A stretch of 64,000 nt of DNA, taken from NCBI GenBank assembly GCA_002269645.1, contig NIVC01001403.1:62001-126000 (forward strand), in the 5' to 3' direction. Position 1 is the stretch's first letter; every line of letters begins with the position of its first letter. Under the pieces are notes generated by a model. The model was not told where the DNA came from. It was given only the letters and a program-made list of their open reading frames with translations, and did not search any database. The stretch is from Macrostomum lignano (lineage: Eukaryota). This document shows, in pieces, positions 10,865 to 21,900 of the stretch. The position numbers were made by a program, and so were the translations under genes.

Positions 10865-13800
10865 TTAGGCGGCAGCTCCGCTCAGCTTTTTCAAGGCTCC
10901 GACGCCCATCTCCTGGTACTCCTGCCGGCTAATCCAGAACTTATCGTCGTGATCCTTCATAATATCGGCCAGGATAGCGCCGCCCAGGAACACCATGTGC
11001 TTGCGCCTGGGCGGATCCTCGATTCGGATTTTAAACTTGCTCAATCGTTCCGTGTCGCCTTTGAGCACCTGCTCCAGGTACAACTGCTTCATTTCCCTCT
11101 CTAGCCGGCTGGGCAGACCCGGGTACATTGTGGTGCCGCCCGATAGCACAATCTTCTTGTAGAACTCGGGCCTGATGTCCATGTCCGCCTGCTGGATGGT
11201 GTTGAACAGCAGTTCCGCCACGCCAACCCCGTCTACATCCACCAGGTGAGGCTGGAATAACGCCTCGGGAGCTTGGAAGCGCTCGCCGCTCACCTGTGGT
11301 GTTTGGGGGGGGGCAACTGGCGGTTAATAAGCTGTTATAGTTTTACCGTCATCCCATCCCATCCCCCTCCTCCCTCTCGTTAACCTCTCCATCTCCCTTC
11401 CCTGTCAACTGCCTTTCCTCCCATCTCCCTTCCCTCTCATATCCCTTCCCTCTCATATCCCTTCCCTCCCATCTCCCTTCCCTCTCATATCCCTTCCCTC
11501 CCATCTGCCTTCCCTCTCATATCCCTTCCCTCCCATCTGCCTTCCCTCCTATCTCCCTTCCCTCTCATATCCCTTCCCTCCCATCTCCCTTCCCTCTCAT
11601 ATCCCTTCCCTCCCATCTCCCTTCCCTCCCATCTCCCTTCCCTCTCATATCCCTTCCCTCCCATCTGCCTTCCCTCCTATCTCCCTTCCCTCTCATATCC
11701 CTTCCCTCCCATCTCCCTTCCCTCTCATATCCCTTCCCTCCTATCTCCCTTCCCTCTCATATCCCTTCCCTCCCATCTCCCTTCCCTCTCATATCCCTTC
11801 CCTCCCATCTCCCTTCCCTCTCATATCCCTTCCCTCTCATATCCCTTCCCTCCCATCTCCCTTCCCTCTCATATCCCTTCCCTCCCATCTGCCTTCCCTC
11901 TCATATCCCTTCCCTCCCATCTGCCTTCCCTCCTATCTCCCTTCCCTCTCATATCCCTTCCCTCCCATCTCCCTTCCCTCTCATATCCCTTCCCTCCCAT
12001 CTCCCTTCCCTCTCATATCCCTTCCCTCCCATCTCCCTTCCCTTTAATCTCAATTCCCTCTGAACTGCCTCCCTCTAATCTCCCTTCCCTCTTATCTCCC
12101 TTCCCTCTTATCTCCCTTCCCTCTTATCTCTTTTCCCTCTTATCTCCCTTCCCTCTTATCTCCCTTCCCTCTTATCTCCCTTCCCTCTTATCTCCCTTCC
12201 CTCTTATCTCCCTTCCCTCTTATCTCCCTTCCCTCTTATCTCCCTTCCCTCTTATCTCCCTTCCCTCTTATCTCCCTTCCCTCTTATCTCTCTTCCCTCT
12301 TATCTCCCTTCCCTCTTATCTCCCTTCCCTCTTATCTCCCTTCCCTCTTATCTCCCTTCCCTCTTATCTCTTTTCCCTCTGAACTGCCTCCCTCTAATCT
12401 CCCTTCCCTTCCATCTCCCTTCTCTCTCATATCCCTTTCCCCTTTTGACCCCTTCCCTTCATCTCCTTTCTCATCCCATTCTTTACACCTCAGAAGAATC
12501 TCCATCCGCTCCTCTCGTGTCACATCTCAATCCATCTTCCCAGCGGCCACCCATCGGCTCACCTTGATGACGCGGCCATCCGGCAAGGTGTACTTCTCCA
12601 CCAGCACGGTGGTCTCCAGCGACAGCCGCTCCTCCTGAGCAATATCGTAAGCCACATAGCACAGGCGCTCCTTCAGCTGACGGATTGTCTCAAAATCGGC
12701 GCTAGCATTAAAAGCGTAGCCTCTGAGCAGCAGGAGCTTGATGAGATAGCGCGTGATGTCCCGGCCGGCAATGTTCAGCCGCTTGGTGAGATGCGGCAGG
12801 GCGAAGCCGTCGTACACCGGGCAGATATGGGTGACGCCGTCGCCTGAGTCAACTACAACTCCAGTGAGCAGGCCTTGAGCATAGAGGGTCAGCACCGCCT
12901 AAAATGTATAGTGCAAGGCCACTGCTCGTATTCTAGTGCTGAGGGTCGCAACTCATACACTGTACATAAGTTTCTACTTTGTACTTTTATTGGAGATGAT
13001 AAATAGGCTGCTAACTCGCTAATTAGCTAACTAACAAACTAACTACCCAACTAACTGGCCAAGTGACTAACTAACTAACTAACTGACTAACTAACTAACT
13101 AACTAACTAACTACAAACAAACAAACAAACTAACTGACTAACAAACAAATAAACAAACAAACAAACTAACTAACTAACAAACTAACTAACTGACTAACAA
13201 ACAAATAAACAAACAAATAAACAAACAAACAAACAAACTAACTAACTGACTAACTGACTAACAAACAAATAAACAAACTAACTAACTGTCTGACTAACTA
13301 ACTAATAAAGTAAATAACTAACTAATTAACTAACGAGTAAGGTCACAATAACACGCCGAGACTTCACCTGAATAGCCACGTAGACTCCGGCAAAGTTGTA
13401 CTTTTCAAACATTGCCTCAATCATGCGCTCCCGGTTCTTAGCCGGGTTCATGGGTGGCTCTGTCAGCAACACCTTGGTGTTCGGACAGTCCAGGTTCATC
13501 TTCTTCGGACCGAAGATGTAGTCGTACAGGTGCAGCATGTCAGTCCAGTTGCTGACTATGCCGTTCTCCATTGGGTAGTTCACCTGCGATGGTAAGTAAG
13601 ACAGGCAAATTAGCTGACGTATATCTTTCCCTGCATTATACACTTCGACCATTGTGCTAATCTCGATTCCTATTGTAGAAGTAGAGAGTAGACTTCAGTC
13701 TTAATGGAGATACAGTTAGAACAACTTCCGGTTGTCAAACCTAATTGGAGATACAGTTAGAACAACTTCCGGTTGTCGAATCTAATTGGAGATACAGTTA

Positions 13801-14830
13801 GACCAACTTCCGGTTGTTGAATCTGATTGGAGATACAGTTAGACCAACTTCCGGTTGTCGAATCTAATTGGAGATACAGTTAGAACAACTTCCGGTTGTC
13901 GAATCTAATTGGAGATACAGTTAGACCAACTTCCGGTTGTTGAATCTGATTGGAGATACAGTTAGACCAACTTCCGGTTGTCGAATCTAATTGGAGATAC
14001 AGTTAGAACAACTTCCGGTTGTCGAATCTAATTGGAGATACAGTTAGACCAACTTCCGGTTGTTGAATCTGATTGGAGATACAGTTAGACCAACTTCCGG
14101 TTGTCGAATCTAATTGGAGATACAGTTAGAACAACTTCCGGTTGTCGAATCTAATTGGAGATACAGTTAGACCAACTTCCGGTTGTTGAATCTGATAGGA
14201 GATACAGTTAGACCAACTTCCGGTTGTCGAATCTAATTGGAGATACAGTTAGAACAACTTCCGGTTGTTGAACCTAATTGGAGATACAGTTAGAACAACT
14301 TCCGGTTGTTGAATCTAATTGGAGATACAGTTAGACCAACTTCCGGTTGTCAAATCTAATTGGAGATACAGTTAGACCAACTTCCGGTTGATAAAGCTGA
14401 ATTCCGAAGATAAATAATCTGATTACTTCCCTACTTCCGGTCTGACAGATCTGACTACAGTTGGACTGCTTCCGTTCATAAAAAAATCGCCATATTCAAT
14501 ACTACTTCCGATTGTCGCAAAAGGCTATTCATTACTAGGTCCAGTCCCTGCTTCCGGAATTTAAACAGAGCTCTCGCCACTGTCACATTAAGAAGCGAGT
14601 GAAACGAAAAAAACAATTTTTACCTGCAGCATCTGTCGAACTTCCGCAGCCTCGTCGCCCACCATCAGGTCGCGAATCTCCACGTCGCCAATGCGCGACG
14701 AGCTGCGCAGAATTGGCCGGCCAACCAGAGACGGGAAAATGTGCTCGGGATAATTCGCGCCAGCCCGGCCGCACTTGACAAATCCCGTGCCATTGTCGCA
14801 TACAACCACGTGTCTGCCTTTGCTATCCAT
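10865..14830 (-). CDS. ACTR2: Actin-related protein 2 (Arp2/3 complex), 395 aa, 4 exons: 14830-14624, 13583-13368, 12898-12563, 11293-10865
   Basis: [21 protein letters not shown]; [10 protein letters not shown]; LLTEPPMNP; [19 protein letters not shown]; [17 protein letters not shown]. All introns are phase 0 GT-AG and the length matches Arp2. Confidence 0.96.
11355..12470. repeat. Pyrimidine-rich 16-19-bp minisatellite (ATCTCCCTTCCCTCTC / TATCTCCCTTCCCTCT), ARP2 intron 3
   Basis: Direct periodicity with two sub-domains. Confidence 0.92.
13020..13330. repeat. (ACTA)n/(ACAA)n microsatellite, ARP2 intron 2
   Basis: Tetranucleotide runs. Confidence 0.92.
13700..14390. repeat. 41-bp minisatellite (GGAGATACAGTTAGAMCAACTTCCGGTTGTYGAATCTAATT), about 17 copies, ARP2 intron 1
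   Basis: 41-nt period (13747 and 13788); no spacers between units. Confidence 0.95.
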
Positions 14831-14969
14831 GCTGGCTTGATTTACAATTTGTATCGCTTCTGAAATTTTTGCATTTAGAAATGGAATCAGATGCGCACGC
14901 CGTTAATAACTTTCTATTTCTACTAATAGTAGCAAAGAGAGAAATTTTATAGAAATATTTCCAATTTTA

Positions 14970-16500
14970 AGGGGAATTACTCAGTTGCTAAAGGCTCAGG
15001 GGGATTTACTCAGATGCTAAAGGCTCAGGGGGATTTACTCAGATGCTAAAGGCTCAGGGGGATTTACTCAGATGCTAAAGGCTCAGGGGGATTTACTCAG
15101 ATGCTAAAGGCTCAGGGGGATTTACTCAGATGCTAAAGGCTCAGGGGGATTTACTCAGTTGCTAAAGGCTCAGGGCCAGGGGGAATTACTCAGATGCTCA
15201 AAACTCAAGGGGAATTGCTTAGATGCTCAAAACTCAGGGGGAATCGCTCAGATGCTAAATGCTCAGGAGAATTGCTCAGATGCAAAAGGCTTTTGGGGAA
15301 TCACTCAGATGCTAAAGGCTCAGGAGGAATTACTCAGATGCTCAAAACTCAGGGGGAATTGCTCAGATGCTCAAAACTCAGGGGGAATTGCTCAGATGCT
15401 CAAAACTCAGGGGAATTGCTCAGATGCTCAAAACTCAGGGGGGGGAATCACTCAGATGCTAAAGGCTCAGGGGAATTGCTCAGATGCTAAATGCTCAGGG
15501 GGAATTGCTCAGATGCAAAAGGCTTTTGGGGAATCACTCAGATGCTAAAGGCTCAGGGGAATTGCTCAGATGCAAAAGGCTTTTGGGGAATCACTCAGAT
15601 GCTAAAGGCTCAGGGGAATCACTCAGATGCTAAAGGCTCAGGAGGAATTACTCAGATGCTCAAAACTCAGGAGGAATTACTCAGATGCTAAAGGCTCAGG
15701 GGGAATTGCTCAGATGCTAAATGCTCAGGGGGAATTGCTCAGATGCAAAAGGCTTTTGGGGAATCACTCAGATGCTAAAGGCTCAGGGGAATCACTCAGA
15801 TGCTAAAGGCTCAGGGGAATCACTCAGATGCTAAAGGCTCAGGAGGAATTACTCAGATGCTCAAAACTCAGGAGGAATTACTCAGATGCTCAAAACTCAG
15901 GAGGAATTACTCAGATGCTCAAAACTCAGGGGGAATTGCTCAGATGCTTAAAACTCAGGGGGAATTGCTCAGATGCTCAAAACTCAGGGGGGAATCACTC
16001 AGATGCTAAAGGCTCGGGAGGAATTACTTAGATGCTAAAGGCTCAGGGGAATTGCTCAGATACTAAATGCTCAGGGGAATTGCTCAGATACTAAAGGCTC
16101 AGGGGGAATTGCTCAGATGCTTAAAACTCAGGGGGAATTGCTCAGATGCTAAAGGCTCAGGGGAATTGCTCAGATACTAAATGCTCAGGGGGAATTGCTC
16201 AGATACTAAATGCTCAGGGGAATTGCTCAGATGCTCAAAACTCAGGGGAATTGCTCAGATGCTTAAAACTCAGGGGGAATTGCTCAGATGCTAAATGCTC
16301 AGGGGAATTGCTCAGATGCTTAAAACTCAGGGGGAATTGCTCAGATACTAAATGCTCAGGGGGAATTGCTCAGATACTAAATGCTCAGGGGAATTGCTCA
16401 GATGCTTAAAACTCAGGGGGAATTGCTCAGATACTAAATGCTCAGGGGGAATTGCTCAGATGCTAAATGCTCAGGGGGAATTGCTCAGATGCTAAAGGCG
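14970..16500. repeat. 28-30-bp minisatellite (GGGAATTRCTCAGATGCTAAAGGCTCAG) between Ral and ARP2
   Basis: Direct periodicity with several variant units. Confidence 0.95.
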
Positions 16501-17294
16501 CAGGGGAAATCGATCATGAGCAAAGACCTTGGCTTATATGCCTCTAAGATGATAAATGGATTGATATCTCAACAGTGATGCAACGATGAAGCGTTTATTG
16601 ATAAAAAAGCATTGAAGTCCGCTATGTAAGCATGTGTTTATGCACATATATTTGAATATTTAGCATAAATATAATGGCCTTGAATACCGCCCTCCATTGA
16701 AAACCTCTACTGATCTACTCGGCAGTAAAAAATCACAATTGCTGACAGACTTTGAGAAAAAATAAAGGTTATAAATTACAATCATAATCTATTTATTCAA
16801 CAGGAAATCAGTTTAATTAAACATTTTATATAGCCTCACAGATTTGGTCCGGGTTAGCAAGGTAGGAATAAAATAATACGATAATGCAATGCAGAAAGTT
16901 TATCGTAGCAACCGGAGCGCTTCTATCTGAGCCGTCTTCAGTTTTAATCATATTTTCAATTATTTTATTTATATCAATCTAAAGCCAATTAAGTCAATAA
17001 GCCAATAATATATTACTAATAGTAATAACCTTTGATTTTTCAACGGAATCGTTAACTGACTCTCAAGTTTAAGCGCTGACTACAGCAACAGAGACTGGAT
17101 AATAATGGTGGATTTAAACACAGTTGAGCCGGTATAAACAAATAAACAACAGCGTATTGCCAGTGTCAGTAACAAACTAGATTTCATTATGGATGCCTTG
17201 TGCGAAAAAATTAATAGTTAATTAGACAAGCAAAAGCAAATACTTAATTAGCACGAGCGAGTGAACTGCCATTGAAATAACTGGATCCATTTTT

Positions 17295-18840
17295 ATCCCA
17301 ACAAATTCAAAATCCCATTCTCAACAAATTTGAAATCCCATTCTCAACAAATTTGAAATCCCATTCTCAACAAATTTGAAATCCCATTCTCAACAAATTT
17401 GAAATCCCATTCTCAACAAATTTGAAATCCAATTTCTAAACAACTTTAAAATCCCATTCTCAGCAAATTTAAAATCCCATTCTCAGCAAATTTAAAATCC
17501 CATTCTCAACAAATTTGAAATCCCATTCTCAACAAATTTGAAATCCCATTTCTCAAAAAATTTCAAATCCCATTTCTCAACAAATTTCAAATCCCATTCT
17601 CAACAAATTTGAAATCCCATTTCTCAACAAATTTGAAATCCCATTTCTCAACAAATTTAAAATCCCATTTCTCAACAAATTTGAAATCCCATTTCTCAAC
17701 AAATTTGAAATCCCATTTCTCAAAAAATTTCAAATCCCATTTCTCAACAAATTTCAAATCCCATTCTCAACAAATTTGAAATCCCATTTCTCAACAAATT
17801 TGAAATCCCATTTCTCAACAAATTTAAAATCCCATTCTCAGCAAATTTAAAATCCCATTCTCAACAAATTTGAAATCCCATTCTCAACAAATTCAAAATC
17901 CCATTCTCAACAAATTTGAAATCCCATTCTCAACAAATTTGAAATCCCATTCTCAACAAATTTGAAATCCCATTCTTAACAAATTTGAAATCCCATTCTT
18001 AACAAATTTGAAATCCCATTCTCAACAAATTTAAAATCCCATTCTCAACAAATTTGAAATCCCATTCTTAACAAATTTGAAATCCCATTCTCAACAAATT
18101 TGAAATCCCATTCTCAACAAATTTGAAATCCCATTCTTAACAAATTTGAAATCCCATTCTCAACAAATTTAAAATCCCATTCTCAACAAATTTGAAATCC
18201 CATTCTTAACAAATTTGAAATCCCATTCTCAACAAATTTAAAATCCCATTCTCAACAAATTTGAAATCCCATTCTTAACAAATTTGAAATCCCATTCTCA
18301 ACAAATTTGAAATCCCATTCTCAACAAATTTGAAATCCCATTTCTCAACAAATTTGAAATCCCATTTCTCAACAAATTTGAAATCCCATTTCTCAACAAA
18401 TTTGAAATCCCATTCTCAACAAATTTGAAATCCCATTTCTCAACAAATTTGAAATCCCAATTCTCAGCAATTTAAAAATCCCATTCTCAACAAATTTGAA
18501 ATCCCATTCTCAACAAATTTGAAATCCCATTTCTCAACAAATTTGAAATCCCAATTCTCAGCAAATTTAAAATCCCATTCTCAACAAATTTGAAATCCCA
18601 TTTCTCAACAAATTTGAAATCCCATTCTCAACAAGTTTAAAATCCCATTCTCAACAAGTTTAAAATCCCATTCTCAACAAATTTGAAATCCCATTCTCAA
18701 CAAATTTGAAATCCCATTCTCAACAAATTTGAAATCCTATTCTCAACAAATTTGAAATCCCATTCTCAACAAATTTGAAATCCCATTCTCAACAAATTTG
18801 AAATCCCATTCTCAACAAATTTGAAATCCCATTCTCAACG
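17295..18840. repeat. 23/24-bp minisatellite (AAATCCCATTCTCAACAAATTTG), about 65 copies
   Basis: 23-nt period (17341 and 17364). Confidence 0.95.
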
Positions 18841-18995
18841 CGCAGGGACTAAAAATTTTTAATCCTGATCTCAAACTGAGGACAGAGCATTGATCACTTG
18901 GACAAAAATAGCAACACAATGGCGAACAGAAAAAAAAACAGATTTTTAAAAAATCGCACAGAAAGCTGGCCTTCTTTTTAAAGGAAAAAAACGCG

Positions 18996-21900
18996 TCAAA
19001 GAATCTCGCATCTGCGCTTTTTCGGCTTCTTGCTGCGTCCGCCGCCGTTTCCGGTGACGGCCGTTTGCTGCTTCCGGTGATGAATCTCGGTCAGCAGGTC
19101 GTAGAAAGCCTTGGTTACAATTCGATTAATAAAAGAAGGTTGAGAAAATTTATATTGCATTTTCAACAAACCGACAATGCGTGAAAATTTAGATTGCGAA
19201 TCAAAATTGACTGCTAATAGGCTTTCATCGCTACTAACGGTAGTGCTATTTGAAAAGCTATTTAGACTAAATTTTCGGGTTGAATAATTTTTTTCTATAA
19301 TCATGTAATTGAATTTGAAATACGTAATCTCACTGTGCATGCAATTTAAGTTTGCGAAGCTATACAAAAATCAATTCTCTGAAATTTTGATTGCAGAGTT
19401 TCCACCGTGAAGAGGGAAGAGGGAAGGTGTGGAAGGAGATGAAGGGGGCTTGAAGGGGATTTGGGAGAAACGGGCGAGGGAGGGCGTCAGGCGATGAGGG
19501 TGAAAGATGAGGGAAGGTAGGAGGGTATGCGGGATGGGATGATGAGGGGTGAGGGAGAGTAGGAGGGTAGAGGCAGAGGATGAGGGAAGGTAGAGGGAGG
19601 GGATAAGAGAGGGTAGAGGCAAGGGATAAGAGAGGGTAGAGGGAGGGGATAAGAGAGGGTAGAGGCAAGGGATGAGGGAAGGTAGAGGGAGGGGATAAGA
19701 GAGGGTAGAGGCAAGGGATGAGGGAAGGTAGAGGGAGGGGATAAGAGAGGGTAGAGGCAAGGGATGAGGGAAGGTAGAGGGAGGGGATAAGAGAGGGTAG
19801 AGGCAAGGGATGAGGGAAGGTAGAGGGAGGGGATAAGAGAGGGTAGAGGCAAGGGATGAGGGAAGGTAGAGGGAGGGGATAAGAGAGGGTAGAGGCAAGG
19901 GATGAGGGAAGGTAGAGGGAGGGGATAAGAGAGGGTAGAGGCAAGGGATGAGGGAAGGTAGAGGGAGGGGATAAGAGAGGGTAGAGGCAAGGGGTGAGGG
20001 AAGGTAGAGGGAGGGGATAAGAGAGGGTAGAGGCAAGGGATGAGGGAAGGTAGAGGGAGGGGATAAGAGAGGGTAGAGGCAAGGGATGAGGGAAGGTAGA
20101 GGGAGGGGATAAGAGAGGGTAGAGGCAAGGGGTGAGGGAAGGTAGAGGGAGGGGATAAGAGAGGGTAGAGGCAAGGGATGAGGGAAGGTAGAGGGAGGGG
20201 ATAAGAGAGGGTAGAGGAAGTGCAAGAGGGAGAATAAATGAGAGAGAAAGAGATAAACAGGTACAGAAGGAAAATAGATGGGGCGAAAACAATGCATGAC
20301 GGATGGAGAACTAATAAATATCACTATTAAGAGCGATTGCTTCTTAACTACTGATTGATTCTGTAGTCATCAGTCTGGCAGACAATATGATAATAATATG
20401 AATTTATTGCGCCAGCAAACAGCTCTCGAATCAAAATGTATAATACAATAGCTGTTTGCTAAGCTAGCTATAGTACTGTAACAAAATAGACTATTGTCGG
20501 AGTGAGAGAGTGTGCGTAGGCTGCGCTCAAAGCAGGCTGCAGCAGCATTTGGCAGACGAGCCGCCACCCTGCAGAGCAGCCATGCCAGACTGCTGCCTGT
20601 TCAGCTGCGGCCGGCCGCGCTTGTGGTCCAGCACGGAGCGGATCAGGCCGAAGAAGGCCTTCGTTGTATTGCGTGTAATTTATTTTATTGTTTTGCATTG
20701 CGCGTTACATTTTTACAAAATAAAATGCTTGCACTGCCGCTAATGAGTAGGAATATTCGGACATCACCTACCAATGTTGAAAAATAATCATAAATGGACA
20801 AAAATCATTACACTGTCTCGGGGTCATGAGACTGTCGGGGAGTGATGAGACTTATCTGGGAGTGATGAGATTTGTCTGAGAGTGATGAGACTTATCTGGG
20901 AGTGATGAGATTGTCTGAGAGTGATGAGATTGTCTGGGAGTGATGAGATTTGTCCAAGAGTGATAAGACTGTCCGAGAGTGATGAGATTGTCTGAGAGTG
21001 ATGAGATTGTCTGGGAGTGATGGGATTTGTCCAAGAGTGATGAGACTGTCCGAGAGTGATGAGATTTGTCCGGGAGTGATGAGATTTGTCCGGGAGTAAT
21101 GAGATTTTCTGGGAGTTATGGGATTGTCTGGGAGTGATGAGACTGCCTGGGAGTGATGAGATTTGTCTGGGAGTGATGAGATTTGTCTGGGAGTGCGGAG
21201 ACTGTCGGAGTGACGAGACTGTCGGAGTGACGAGACTGTCTGGGAGTGCGGAGACTGTCGGAGTGACGAGACTGTCTGGGAGTGCGGAGACTGTCTGGGA
21301 GTGCGGAGACTGTCTGGGAGTGCGGAGACTGTCTGGGAGTGCGGAGACTGTCTGGGAGTGCGGAGACTGTCTGGGAATGCGGACTGTCGGAGTGACGAGA
21401 CTGTCTCGGAGTGCGGAGACTGTCGAAGTGACGAGAATGACGAGAACAAAGATGAGCGGCCCATCGAAAAGCGCAATCAATGGCTCACCTTGTCGACATT
21501 CTCTCTAGTTTTGGCTGAGGTTTCCAGGTAGGGGATTCGCCAGGCTTCGGCCCGGGCCTCGGCCTCCCTGGATTGCACCTGCCGGCCGTCGGTGAGGTCG
21601 CTCTTGTTGCCAACCAGCAGCATGGGGATGGACTCGTCGCCTTTTACTCGGATGATCTGCTCTCTGCGCGATGGATGCAGTGAGGAGAGAGTAAATTAAA
21701 TAAGCTTTGCCTGGGAGGGCTGGGAGAGTGGCTGGAAGGTAGGGAGTGTCCGGGAGGGTAAGGAGTGTCTGGAAGGGTAAGGAGTGTCCGGGAGGGTAAG
21801 GAGTGTCTGGAAGGGTAAGGAGTGTCCGGGAGGGTAAGGAGTGTCTGGAAGGGTAAGGAGTGTCCGGGAGGGTAAGGAGTGTCTGGAAGGGTAAGGAGTG

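Noticed and set aside
13020-13330. Telomere-like or branch-point array
   Set aside because: (ACTA)n/(ACAA)n is not TTAGGG/TTAGG, and the CTAAC motifs are on the non-transcribed strand.
13700-14390. CRISPR-like array (41-bp unit with a small hairpin); likewise 37805-38035
   Set aside because: Units are contiguous with no unique spacers, there are no cas genes, and the arrays lie in eukaryotic introns.
19360-20324. About 310-aa Pro/Leu/Ser-rich ORFs
   Set aside because: Translations of the 46-bp satellite lying between the two Ral terminal exons.
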